Shown here piece after piece: positions 9,035 through 16,934 of a stretch of 40,051 nt of DNA. Positions within the stretch are counted from its first letter, which is position 1, and each line of letters begins with the position of its first letter. The position numbers and the translations under genes were made by a program. Source of the stretch: Candidatus Woesearchaeota archaeon (GTDB lineage Archaea > Nanobdellota > Nanobdellia > Pacearchaeales > GW2011-AR1); assembly GCA_964418495.1 (NCBI GenBank), contig CAYQLQ010000001.1, positions 1 to 40,051 on the forward strand, given 5' to 3'. The notes beneath the pieces are model-generated. The model saw nothing but the letters and a program-made list of their open reading frames with translations, was not told where the DNA came from and did not search any database.

Positions 9035-9829
9035 TTAATCTTCCTCTAGTTCTAATATCGCCCGATTTATCCTATCCCGTTCCCTCTTATAATAGCCCCT
9101 GTCTACTACACTCTTGCTGAAATCTGCTCTGAGTTGTTGCATTTCTCTGAGTAATTCTCTCTTTGTTCTTTCGCTACTTTCTCTGTTAATTTCTCTCATC
9201 CCAGACATTCCAAAATATCTGTGGAAACTTTTATCAAAATATGCGGCTAATCCTGCTGCGATAATTATTGAGATGTATATCCCGTTTGAGAGTGATGAGA
9301 GTTCTGAAAATTTAGAGAACCAGATTGCTATGAAGATTGCGCCATAAAAAATCCATCCTATTTTTCTTCCGAATTTTTTAATATTTGAGTTGTGGAGAAA
9401 ATAAAAGAAGATAATAAATGGGAGGAGGGTGGTAATTGCGACGCCGAGAGCTCCATAGGGGATTAAGATTCCTTCAACCAGTTCACTTTGTTTAATAAAT
9501 CGGATTGCTAAAACTGAGACTATTATCGCGATGGTAACACTTAGTTTACTATTATCTTTTCCGAGAGGGGTTTTACTAATTACTTTATTTGAGATTAATA
9601 CAAGAAGAAGTAATAAGAGAATCTTTGCGAAGAAAAATTTGCTTCCTTCGGCGTCGCCAATTATTTTTTCGAAGAATGGCGTTGCAATCCCACGCATGCT
9701 TTCAAGTACTTTTCCGACTATTTCTTTTGCAGTATTAAATTCTTGAGAAGCCGCGTTTATTGTTCCTGCTCCGAATAAAATTAAAATTGTTAAGATAAAG
9801 ACGATTCCAATAACTTTCTGTTTCACCAT
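9035..9829 (-). CDS. Membrane protein, paralog family member, with a signal/anchor and a charged coiled C-tail
   Basis: AIIVSVLAIRFI...TLLPFIIFFYFL...RKIGWIFYG aligns with the paralogs. TATA (minus) at 9851..9858 lies 22 nt from the ATG at 9829. Confidence 0.6.
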   Translation of the reverse strand: MVKQKVIGIVFILTILILFGAGTINAASQEFNTAKEIVGKVLESMRGIATPFFEKIIGDAEGSKFFFAKILLLLLLVLISNKVISKTPLGKDNSKLSVTIAIIVSVLAIRFIKQSELVEGILIPYGALGVAITTLLPFIIFFYFLHNSNIKKFGRKIGWIFYGAIFIAIWFSKFSELSSLSNGIYISIIIAAGLAAYFDKSFHRYFGMSGMREINRESSERTKRELLREMQQLRADFSKSVVDRGYYKRERDRINRAILELEED

Positions 9830-9850
9830 CCCCTAAAATAGATTTGATTA

Positions 9851-9858
9851 CTTATAAA
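9851..9858 (-). promoter_or_regulatory. TATA box (TTTATAAG on the minus strand)
   Basis: It lies 22 nt upstream of minus-strand ATG 9829 and forms a divergent promoter pair with 9875..9882. Confidence 0.55.
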
Positions 9859-9874
9859 CTTTTTGAGCGAAATA

Positions 9875-9882
9875 TTTATAAA
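9875..9882 (+). promoter_or_regulatory. TATA box (TTTATAAA)
   Basis: The last base lies 22 nt before ATG 9904. This argues against the track's TTG start at 9844. Confidence 0.6.
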
Positions 9883-9903
9883 GTGGTTTTTCATAAAAAA
9901 GAT

Positions 9904-10755
9904 ATGTTCAACAAAAAAAGAGGAGAATCGAAAACTGTTGCTACAGTTCTAAGTGTTATTTTTGGAGCTTTTATTTTGGCGTTCTTAATTATGACTGTTG
10001 TGAATTGGAATCAAGGTGCTTTAACCTCAATTCAACTCGCTACTGATGGGATTTCTAATTTTTCTATGAAAGTGATTAAACCTCTTCTTGGGTTTTTATT
10101 GGATCTAGATCATGCAGAAAAAGGTAATGAGTTTTTGATGGTGTTAGCTTTTATTTTGGTTGCTATAATTGTTGTTGGAACTTTAGATTCAGTGAATCTT
10201 TTTGGTGAGGATGGGACCGCTAGAGGGGACTATATTAATTTAGCGGTGGGGATTATTGTTTCTATTATTGGAGTTAGATATATGCCGTCTGACCTTTGGG
10301 CTTCTATGACTGCTCCTTCAAGTGCCTTTGTTGCGACTATTCTTATAGGACTTCCTTTTCTAGCTATGTTTTTTGTTACTAGAAAAATCAAAATGCCTGT
10401 TGTTCGAAAGTTTGTTTGGGGATTTTATTTGGTCTTTGTTGTTTATCTTACAGTAACTGGAGAAAATCCTTCAAGTATTAATACTGCATATGGAATTTTT
10501 GCGGTTTTAGCAGGGTTGATGATTGTTCTTGATGTAAGGATAAGGCGTTGGATGAATACGGAGTTTCTTGGAAAGAAGACTGTTGATGATGTTAAAGCAG
10601 ATTATGCTGCGTTGAGAATAGGGGAACTTACAAATGACGTGGGAAGGTTGAATGAATCAAAGAAAAGTGCTACGGGAATAGCATTAATTAATATTAATAA
10701 GCAGATTAAAACAAAAGAGAAACAAATTAAAGACTTAGCTGCGGATGTTGAGTAA
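9904..10755 (+). CDS. Membrane protein, paralog family member, with a charged coiled C-tail
   Basis: GIIVSIIGVRYM...LIGLPFLAMFFV...RKFVWGFYL aligns with the paralogs. The start was moved to ATG 9904 on promoter spacing. Confidence 0.6.
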   Translation: MFNKKRGESKTVATVLSVIFGAFILAFLIMTVVNWNQGALTSIQLATDGISNFSMKVIKPLLGFLLDLDHAEKGNEFLMVLAFILVAIIVVGTLDSVNLFGEDGTARGDYINLAVGIIVSIIGVRYMPSDLWASMTAPSSAFVATILIGLPFLAMFFVTRKIKMPVVRKFVWGFYLVFVVYLTVTGENPSSINTAYGIFAVLAGLMIVLDVRIRRWMNTEFLGKKTVDDVKADYAALRIGELTNDVGRLNESKKSATGIALININKQIKTKEKQIKDLAADVE

Positions 10756-10796
10756 CTTTCCTTAATATTTAAAAACTGTTTATTCTTTATTGGACT

Positions 10797-11492
10797 ATGA
10801 AAGAAGTGAAATTTGTTTTTTTTATTTTGTGTATGGTTCTTCTTAGTTTTGTTTTTGTTAGTGCGGCGAATCCTCTTGGGAGTTTGGATGGAACTGTTGA
10901 TAAAATCGGCGATACGAGAGAAAAAGTAGGAGATGTTGTTGAGGATGTTGGTTCTACAGAATATTGGGAACAGAAATGGGATTATCTGGGGAATGAAGGG
11001 AGTAAAATTTTATTAGAGAACCCTAGCGTTGCCAAGGTTGATGCTTCTCTCAAAAAGTTTTCTATTGTATTTAATATTCTTTTCGGTGCACCTTACGCTC
11101 TTTCTCTCGCGTTGCTTTTTATTATTGTTCTTTGGATATTTTTCACAATTAATTTTTCCAGACTTGTCGGGGCAACAGGTTTTTTCGACGGTGTCTATAA
11201 GTGGGTTGGAGGAATTTTGATTTCAGTTATTTTAGCACAGACTGGTTTTTTTAAACATTTAGTTATCTTCTTCGGAAATTTAGTTTTTTCTCCGGATTAT
11301 TCTTGGATGAGGGTCCTTGTTTTTTTCTTGATTGGGGTGGCGTTTGTGCTTGTTGAATTTGGAGACAGAGCACTTGCAGCGTATCTCAAAAAGAAGATGG
11401 AGTTTTCTGCAGAAAAGAAACTAAAAAAAATTCAAGAGGCGCTACTTGCGAGAGAAACAGCTAGAGAAGAGACTTCTAAGTTGGCAGATTAA
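10797..11492 (+). CDS. Signal peptide plus multi-TM membrane protein with a charged C-tail (unknown family)
   Basis: The signal peptide is FFILCMVLLSFVFVSA. There are about 4 hydrophobic spans and the tail KKKMEFSAEKKLKKIQEALLARE. TTTAAAAA at 10768..10775 lies 22 nt from the ATG. Confidence 0.55.
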   Translation: MKEVKFVFFILCMVLLSFVFVSAANPLGSLDGTVDKIGDTREKVGDVVEDVGSTEYWEQKWDYLGNEGSKILLENPSVAKVDASLKKFSIVFNILFGAPYALSLALLFIIVLWIFFTINFSRLVGATGFFDGVYKWVGGILISVILAQTGFFKHLVIFFGNLVFSPDYSWMRVLVFFLIGVAFVLVEFGDRALAAYLKKKMEFSAEKKLKKIQEALLARETAREETSKLAD

Positions 11493-12109
11493 GAAGATTT
11501 AGAAAATTTTGCTTTTATTTTTTCCTTTACTTCCCGCATTCCTTCGATTGCTCCTAATTTTGTTGCCCTTGCAATTTTTGCAGACTCTTTCATTGTTTCT
11601 TTTAAATACCTCGCACAGATATAGATTATTATTAGAATAATAATCCCAAAACCCATCCAGAAAGCTGACGCCCAGTTTGGAAGTTTCGCGAGTTCTCCTA
11701 TTTTTTGCCAAAGGTTCACTGCATATTGCATAGTCCCTGAAGCGGAAGCCATTAGTGTAATGATTACTGAGACTGTCCAGCCAGTTACTTTGCTTTCAAG
11801 ACCCATTGATAATGCTTGTTGTAAAATAAGAACTGCTAGAATAAAAAATCCAATCATCATCACAACTTCTCTAAATTTTACTTCTTCTAACTTGAAGATT
11901 AATTTAAAAATTCCTTGAAGATTCTCCGGAATTAAGGGTTCTTCAGTTAATTCAATATTGAATAAATTATTTTCTGGTTGGGCGGTTTGTTCTTTAGAAC
12001 CTGGCTCGGGGTTTGGAAGAGTCGCGTCTTCTGCGACGAGGGTGTTTGTTAGCAGTAAAGTAATCACTATAATTAATGGGAGTAAATATAAAATCTTTCC
12101 TCTTTTCAT
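11489..12109 (-). CDS. Signal peptide plus multi-TM membrane protein with a charged C-tail (unknown family)
   Basis: The start was set to ATG 12109 (MKRGKILYLLPL...). Minus-strand TTTAAATA at 12131..12138 lies 22 nt upstream. The stop overlaps the convergent gene's stop by 4 nt. Confidence 0.55.
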   Translation of the reverse strand: MKRGKILYLLPLIIVITLLLTNTLVAEDATLPNPEPGSKEQTAQPENNLFNIELTEEPLIPENLQGIFKLIFKLEEVKFREVVMMIGFFILAVLILQQALSMGLESKVTGWTVSVIITLMASASGTMQYAVNLWQKIGELAKLPNWASAFWMGFGIIILIIIYICARYLKETMKESAKIARATKLGAIEGMREVKEKIKAKFSKSS

Positions 12110-12263
12110 AACAAAACTGAACAATAGAATTATTTAAACTTTTTCTATAAGGAATATCTCCCAGTCTTGGAGATCTCAATATCGTTAAGGAGAAGGAGTT
12201 GGAAGAAGAATGTCTTTGGAAAGATTTGGGAGGAATGTTTGAGGACGAAGAATAACCAAACAA

Positions 12264-12271
12264 TTTAAAAA
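12264..12271 (+). promoter_or_regulatory. TATA-like box (TTTAAAAA)
   Basis: It lies 22 nt before ATG 12293. Confidence 0.55.
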
Positions 12272-12292
12272 CCATTTTTTCTAATTGAGTTT

Positions 12293-12565
12293 ATGGGAAC
12301 AGTACTTTTGAAAATAAAACTTATGCCAGAATCTCCTGATGTGGATTTGGAAGTTATGAAAAAGATAGTGATTAGCGAGGTAGAGAAAGGGCAGGGGAAG
12401 AATATTTTTTTTGAGGAAGAGTTGATTGCATTTGGTTTGAAAGCGTTGATTGTTTCGTTTGCTATTGACGAGAGCGTCGAGCTTGATCCCCTTGAGACGG
12501 CTTTGGGAAAGATAGAATCTGTTAGTTCTGTGCAAGTTGTTGATATGCGAAGAGCGTTTGGTTAA
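12293..12565 (+). CDS. Translation elongation factor aEF-1 beta
   Basis: At 90 aa, VLLKIKLMPESPDVDLE...IAFGLKALIVSFAIDE...VQVVDMRR matches the archaeal EF-1beta size and pattern. Confidence 0.8.
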   Translation: MGTVLLKIKLMPESPDVDLEVMKKIVISEVEKGQGKNIFFEEELIAFGLKALIVSFAIDESVELDPLETALGKIESVSSVQVVDMRRAFG

Positions 12566-12622
12566 TTATTCTAGAGATTAAATTATAACAATACTTAAAA
12601 ACCTGCTTTGTTATTTTTTTAA

Positions 12623-13567
12623 ATGGGGGATGAGAATTACCAAAAGCTTCTGGGGAAAATTTCTGGAGTAGCGGGAGTTGCTGTCGAGGAGTTGGACCGC
12701 AAAGTTGAGGCGAAGCGGGCGAAGTTGTCGGGGTTGATTTCTAAGGAAGGGGCGGCGCAGATTATTGCTGCGGAGTTGGGGGTTTCTTTTGAAAATGAAA
12801 AATTAAAAATTGATGAGCTTGTTCCTGGAATGCGGAAAGTAAATGTGGTTGGGAAAATTATTCAGGTTTTTCCTGTTCGGACTTTTGAGAGAAACGGACA
12901 GACAAATAAAGTCATGAATTTTGTTTTTGCTGACGATACTTCGAATGTTCGGGTTGTTCTTTGGGATACGCATCATATTGATTTATTTGAGAGGGGGCTT
13001 TTGGGAGTTGGAAAAGTTGCGGAGATTGGAAGTGGAAGTGTTCGGGATAATGAGATTCATCTTGGAAGTTTTTCAGAACTAAAACCGAGCACAGAAGTTT
13101 TTGAAAATGTTCAGACAGAAAAAGTTGTGAAGGAAAAGAGTATTATTGATTTTAAGCCGTCGGACAGCGCGAGTGTTCGGGCTTTTATTGTTCAGAGTTT
13201 TGACCCGCGGTTTTTTCATGTTTGTCCTGAATGTAAAAAGAAAGCTGTTGAAGAAAACGGCGGGCATGTTTGCGCAGAGCACGGAAAAGTTGTTCCGGAA
13301 AAAAGAGCGTTGGTTAATTTTGTAATTGACGACGGAACCGAGACTATACGGACGGTTGTGTTTTCTGATTTGCTTCCTTCGTTGGGATTGACTGCGCTCG
13401 AAGACGCGAATTTGCTTTCTCAACAAAAAGAAAACCTGCTCGGAAGGGAAATGATTTTTTCTGGGAATGTTCGGATAAATCGGTTTTTTAATAATCCGGA
13501 ATTCATCGTCGACGGAGTGAAGGATCTGGATATTGGCGAGCTTGTTGCGAAACTTGAGACGAAATAG
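12623..13567 (+). CDS. Replication protein A-like ssDNA-binding protein (OB folds plus a Zn knuckle)
   Basis: The N-terminal LSGLISKEGAAQIIAAELGV is typical of archaeal RPA. Other evidence is the OB-like VNVVGKIIQVFPVRTF and the CPECKKKAVEENGGHVCAEHG Zn site. Confidence 0.7.
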   Translation: MGDENYQKLLGKISGVAGVAVEELDRKVEAKRAKLSGLISKEGAAQIIAAELGVSFENEKLKIDELVPGMRKVNVVGKIIQVFPVRTFERNGQTNKVMNFVFADDTSNVRVVLWDTHHIDLFERGLLGVGKVAEIGSGSVRDNEIHLGSFSELKPSTEVFENVQTEKVVKEKSIIDFKPSDSASVRAFIVQSFDPRFFHVCPECKKKAVEENGGHVCAEHGKVVPEKRALVNFVIDDGTETIRTVVFSDLLPSLGLTALEDANLLSQQKENLLGREMIFSGNVRINRFFNNPEFIVDGVKDLDIGELVAKLETK

Positions 13568-13568
13568 T

Positions 13569-13576
13569 TTTATAAA
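13569..13576 (+). promoter_or_regulatory. TATA box (TTTATAAA)
   Basis: It lies 22 nt before ATG 13598. This favours 13598 over the track's GTG at 13580. Confidence 0.6.
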
Positions 13577-13597
13577 TAAGTGTTTCTATTTTTTTAT

Positions 13598-14461
13598 ATG
13601 AAAAGAGTGCTGATTTTTTTTGTGGTGTTATTTAGTTTGGTTGCTTTGGTTTGTGCGGGCACGCATACTTTGGAGATTATCCCTGAGGCTATTGCTCCGA
13701 CAGTGGTTTTGGTTTCTCCTACAACCGGACAGGATTTTTCAGGCGCAAGTTCTTTTTTTAATATTACTTTTACTGTTACAGATGACTCGTCGATTGAAAA
13801 TTGTTCTGCGACTGTTTCTGGGACGGTTTATCCAAACGAAAGTTCTATTTCAAAAACCGCTACAAATGGGATTGGAACGACTTGGGCGGCGGGTTCTTAT
13901 GTTGTTTATGTGAATTGCACCGACGCTGCGAATAATGTCGGGGGCTCGAGCATAATTCCTTTTACAATCACTGCTCCTGCGAGTCCTCAGACAGGTTCAG
14001 GTAGTTATCCGATTTATAGTGTAAATGAAAAAACAATTCAGCAAGGATATTCAAAAGGGATGGAGGCGGGTTGGAAAATTGATTTTCTGATTGAAAATGA
14101 AAGTCATGTTCTTCGGGTAAATTCGGTTTTGTCGTCGGAAATTTCAATTACAGTTTCGAGTGAATCGCAGAATGCTATTTTGAAAATTGGAGAAGAAAAA
14201 AAATTCGAGCTTACTGGAGACGAATTTTATGATTTTTATGTTCGGTTGGATAATATTAGCGGAATCCGCGCAGAGATTTTCGTTCAAGAAATTTCAGAAA
14301 GAATTTCTGATGAAGCAGGAATAACAGGAGAAGCAGTTGGCGATTCTTTGAAGGATTTGTTTTCAGAAGAAGGAAATTCTTTTTTAGTTTGGGGAATTGT
14401 TATTCTCGTCGGAATTGGAATTGTTTCTTTGATTTATTTTTTGAGGGGAAGGAAAAAATAA
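13598..14461 (+). CDS. Surface protein: signal peptide, Ig-like module, conserved pre-anchor module and a C-terminal TM
   Basis: The signal peptide ends CAG|THTLEI. The module APTVVLVSP...VNCTDAANNVG follows. The segment at 14006..14299 is homologous to 22738..23022. The TM FLVWGIVILVGIGIVSLIYFL is followed by RGRKK. Confidence 0.65.
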   Translation: MKRVLIFFVVLFSLVALVCAGTHTLEIIPEAIAPTVVLVSPTTGQDFSGASSFFNITFTVTDDSSIENCSATVSGTVYPNESSISKTATNGIGTTWAAGSYVVYVNCTDAANNVGGSSIIPFTITAPASPQTGSGSYPIYSVNEKTIQQGYSKGMEAGWKIDFLIENESHVLRVNSVLSSEISITVSSESQNAILKIGEEKKFELTGDEFYDFYVRLDNISGIRAEIFVQEISERISDEAGITGEAVGDSLKDLFSEEGNSFLVWGIVILVGIGIVSLIYFLRGRKK

Positions 14462-14462
14462 A

Positions 14463-14918
14463 ATGATGTTGAAGACGCACCTCGCGGTCGCGGTTTTTTT
14501 CGCGCTGTTGTTTCTTCCGTTTATAGAATATAAGACTGCGTTTATTTTTATGGTTTTGATTGCGACATATTTTCCTGATGTGGATTCGCCGAATTCCAAA
14601 ATTGGTTCGCGCTGGTATTTTCGTCCGTTGCAATGGATTGCGAGCCATCGGGGATTTTTTCACAGTTTGATTTTTCTAATTCTGATGACTGCGCTTTTTG
14701 TTTTATTTTTTCCTATTGTAGCCGCGGGATTTTTTCTTGGTTATTTTTTGCATATTTTTTCAGACAGTTTTACTGTTGAAGGAATTCGATTTTTCTATCC
14801 CTTTGGAAAAACAAGTTCGTGGAGAATTCGGACAGGCGGAAGTGTGGAGATGTTGATTTTTTTAGGGTTTGCGATAGCGGATGTTGTTCTTGCGGTAGTG
14901 CTGTTTAGTATAGTCTAA
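14463..14918 (+). CDS. DUF457/YdjM-like membrane-bound metal-dependent hydrolase
   Basis: The protein is multi-TM with THLAV...FPDVDSPNSKIG...RGFFHS...HIFSDSFT His/Asp motifs. The gap to the upstream stop is 1 nt. Confidence 0.6.
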   Translation: MMLKTHLAVAVFFALLFLPFIEYKTAFIFMVLIATYFPDVDSPNSKIGSRWYFRPLQWIASHRGFFHSLIFLILMTALFVLFFPIVAAGFFLGYFLHIFSDSFTVEGIRFFYPFGKTSSWRIRTGGSVEMLIFLGFAIADVVLAVVLFSIV

Positions 14919-14942
14919 GATATATTCAGCAGACGAACAATC

Positions 14943-14950
14943 TTTATAAA
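14943..14950 (+). promoter_or_regulatory. TATA box (TTTATAAA)
   Basis: It lies 22 nt before the radA ATG at 14972. Confidence 0.6.
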
Positions 14951-14971
14951 GTCGGGATTTTTGGGTATTCT

Positions 14972-16003
14972 ATGGCAATCAAGGAAGAGGCGAAAAAAAT
15001 TAAGGAAGCTGTTTCTGGGGAAAGCGAGGTGGCGGAGAAAAAAGAGGTTGAAAAAAAGGAGCCGTGTCTTACGGACTTGCCTGGAATTGGGCCGGCTGTT
15101 GCGGCGAAAATTGAAAGTGCTGGAATTTTTGATTTAATGTCTTTGGCTGTGATGAGCCCGAATGCTCTTGCAGATATTGCAGGTGTTGGTGCGGCTGTTG
15201 CGCGAAAAGCAATTCTTGCGGCGAGGGATTTGCTGGAACTTGGATTTACCGACGGTATGGAATTTGCAAGGAAAAGAGAAAATGTTTCTTATCTTACAAC
15301 AGGAAGTCAAAATTTGAATGAGCTTCTGGGGGGAAAAGGTGTGGAGAGCCGCGCGATTACAGAGGCGTTTGGCGCGTATGGTTCTGGGAAGACACAGTTG
15401 GGTTCGACTCTTGCTGTGAATGTTCAGTTGCCGTTTGAAAAAGGCGGAGCAAATGGGAAGTGCGTTTTTATCGATACTGAAGGAACTTTTCGCCCGGCGA
15501 GGATAAAACAGATTGCGGAAAAAATGGGTGCGAATGCAGAAAAAGTTTTGAAGAATATTCTTGTTGCGCGGGCGTTTAATTCTGATCATCAGATTCTTCT
15601 TTTGGAGAAGGTGAGCGAGATGATTAAAAAAGGCGAGCCGATTAAGTTGATGATTATAGATTCTTTGACTGCGCATTTTCGGGCGGAGTTTGCAGGACGA
15701 GGACAACTGGCAGACAGACAACAGAAATTGAATCGTTATATGCACGACTTGATGAAACTCGCAGAGACGCACAATCTTGCGGTTTACGTTACAAATCAGG
15801 TTATGGCGAATCCTGCGCAGATGTTTGGGGACCCGACAACAGCAATTGGAGGAAACATTGTCGGGCACGCGTCGACTTATAGGATTTATCTTAGAAGAGG
15901 AAAAAAAGGAAGCCGAGTTGCTAAGTTAATTGATAGTCCGAATCTTCCTGACAACGAGGCGGTTTTCTTTGTTACTGACGCCGGAGTTGTTGACGAAGAA
16001 TAG
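14972..16003 (+). CDS. radA: DNA repair and recombination protein RadA
   Basis: It has an N-terminal HhH (LTDLPGIGPAVAAKIESAG), Walker A GAYGSGKTQ, Walker B LMIIDSL and the archaeal RadA length. Confidence 0.95.
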   Translation: MAIKEEAKKIKEAVSGESEVAEKKEVEKKEPCLTDLPGIGPAVAAKIESAGIFDLMSLAVMSPNALADIAGVGAAVARKAILAARDLLELGFTDGMEFARKRENVSYLTTGSQNLNELLGGKGVESRAITEAFGAYGSGKTQLGSTLAVNVQLPFEKGGANGKCVFIDTEGTFRPARIKQIAEKMGANAEKVLKNILVARAFNSDHQILLLEKVSEMIKKGEPIKLMIIDSLTAHFRAEFAGRGQLADRQQKLNRYMHDLMKLAETHNLAVYVTNQVMANPAQMFGDPTTAIGGNIVGHASTYRIYLRRGKKGSRVAKLIDSPNLPDNEAVFFVTDAGVVDEE

Positions 16004-16024
16004 TTGTTCTGTATTCCCATAATC

Positions 16025-16032
16025 TTTATAAA
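16025..16032 (+). promoter_or_regulatory. TATA box (TTTATAAA)
   Basis: It lies 22 nt before ATG 16054. Confidence 0.6.
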
Positions 16033-16053
16033 TGGAGAACTGGAGAGATAATT

Positions 16054-16923
16054 ATGGATGCAAGGAAAGTTTCCTTTTTATTTGTAGGATTTCTTCTATT
16101 AGTTGTTGTTATGGGGGCTGTTTCTGCAGGAGTTCATACGCTGGAGATTTATTCTGAAGGTTCAGGAAATGTGTCTGTAAGTGCACCGAGAATAAGTTAT
16201 GCTTCGATTTTCTATCGGGATAAATTCAACAATGCCACTGACCATTGCAAGAGTTTTTTGGCTGAAGGACAGGAAAGCGAGAATTTTGTTTTGGGAGGAA
16301 ATCTTTCTGGAAATGTTGTGAATTATGTTTCTGGAATTACAGGGGTGAAAATTGTTTTTAATCAGGAAGTTAATATTTCTAATTTGTATAGGGTTTTGCG
16401 ATTTGAAGCTACACCGGCAAATTCTAGAAATACAAATTTTATTTCTTTTTCCCCTAGTTATTCTGTTGAATATTTTTCAGGGAATAGAGAATTGAGAATA
16501 AGTTTTGCCGACGGAGAAATTAAAAATCGGTGGTTGAAAATTATTGTTAATGCCTCGGAGGTTTTTTCTGAGAATTTGGGTTTGGAGGGGGATGTTGAGG
16601 TGCCGTTGAACTTTCCGTCGGGGAATGGGGAAGAAGGGGGAGATGTGGTTTTTATAATTGGAAGCAAGGTTGGGGATGTTGATGGAAATTATTACACTCT
16701 TCCGAATGACGCGGTTCGGGCGAGAGTGAATGTTGGAGGTTCGCCGGTTGGAATTTGTAATGCTTATGACGTCGACAAAAACGGATATGTTCTTCCTAAC
16801 GATGCGATTCTTGTTCGAAATTCAGTCAGTGGAATTCCTCTTCTGAAACTAAATTCAGGGTGGTCAAGTTCAGGAATTATTTCTCTAATTCTTAGGATGG
16901 GTAGTTTTATAAATTTGAAATAG
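16054..16923 (+). CDS. Secreted protein with a C-terminal dockerin-like repeat pair
   Basis: The signal peptide ends SAG|VHTLEI. GDVDGNYYTLPNDAVRARVNV and YDVDKNGYVLPNDAILVRNSV are two Ca-loop-plus-helix repeats. Confidence 0.6.
   Translation: MDARKVSFLFVGFLLLVVVMGAVSAGVHTLEIYSEGSGNVSVSAPRISYASIFYRDKFNNATDHCKSFLAEGQESENFVLGGNLSGNVVNYVSGITGVKIVFNQEVNISNLYRVLRFEATPANSRNTNFISFSPSYSVEYFSGNRELRISFADGEIKNRWLKIIVNASEVFSENLGLEGDVEVPLNFPSGNGEEGGDVVFIIGSKVGDVDGNYYTLPNDAVRARVNVGGSPVGICNAYDVDKNGYVLPNDAILVRNSVSGIPLLKLNSGWSSSGIISLILRMGSFINLK
16906..16913 (+). promoter_or_regulatory. TATA box (TTTATAAA)
   Basis: It lies 22 nt before ATG 16935, the second ATG of the track ORF. Confidence 0.55.
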
Positions 16924-16934
16924 ATTGAATGAAT

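Noticed and set aside
12157-12173. A hairpin, tctcc-cagtctt-ggaga, resembling the second hairpin of the tRNA-Gln intron (tctcc-gtctt-ggaga)
   Set aside because: It is a short 5-bp stem, and the similarity is compatible with chance. There are no flanking tRNA-like or box motifs.
11994-12535. Minus-strand ORFs 11994..12275 and 12281..12535
   Set aside because: The first overlaps the membrane-protein start and the divergent promoter region. The second is antisense to the aEF-1beta gene.
15134-15868. A 244-aa ORF antisense to radA
   Set aside because: It lies entirely within the strongly supported radA gene. Its Arg/Cys/Phe-rich composition is typical of antisense frames.
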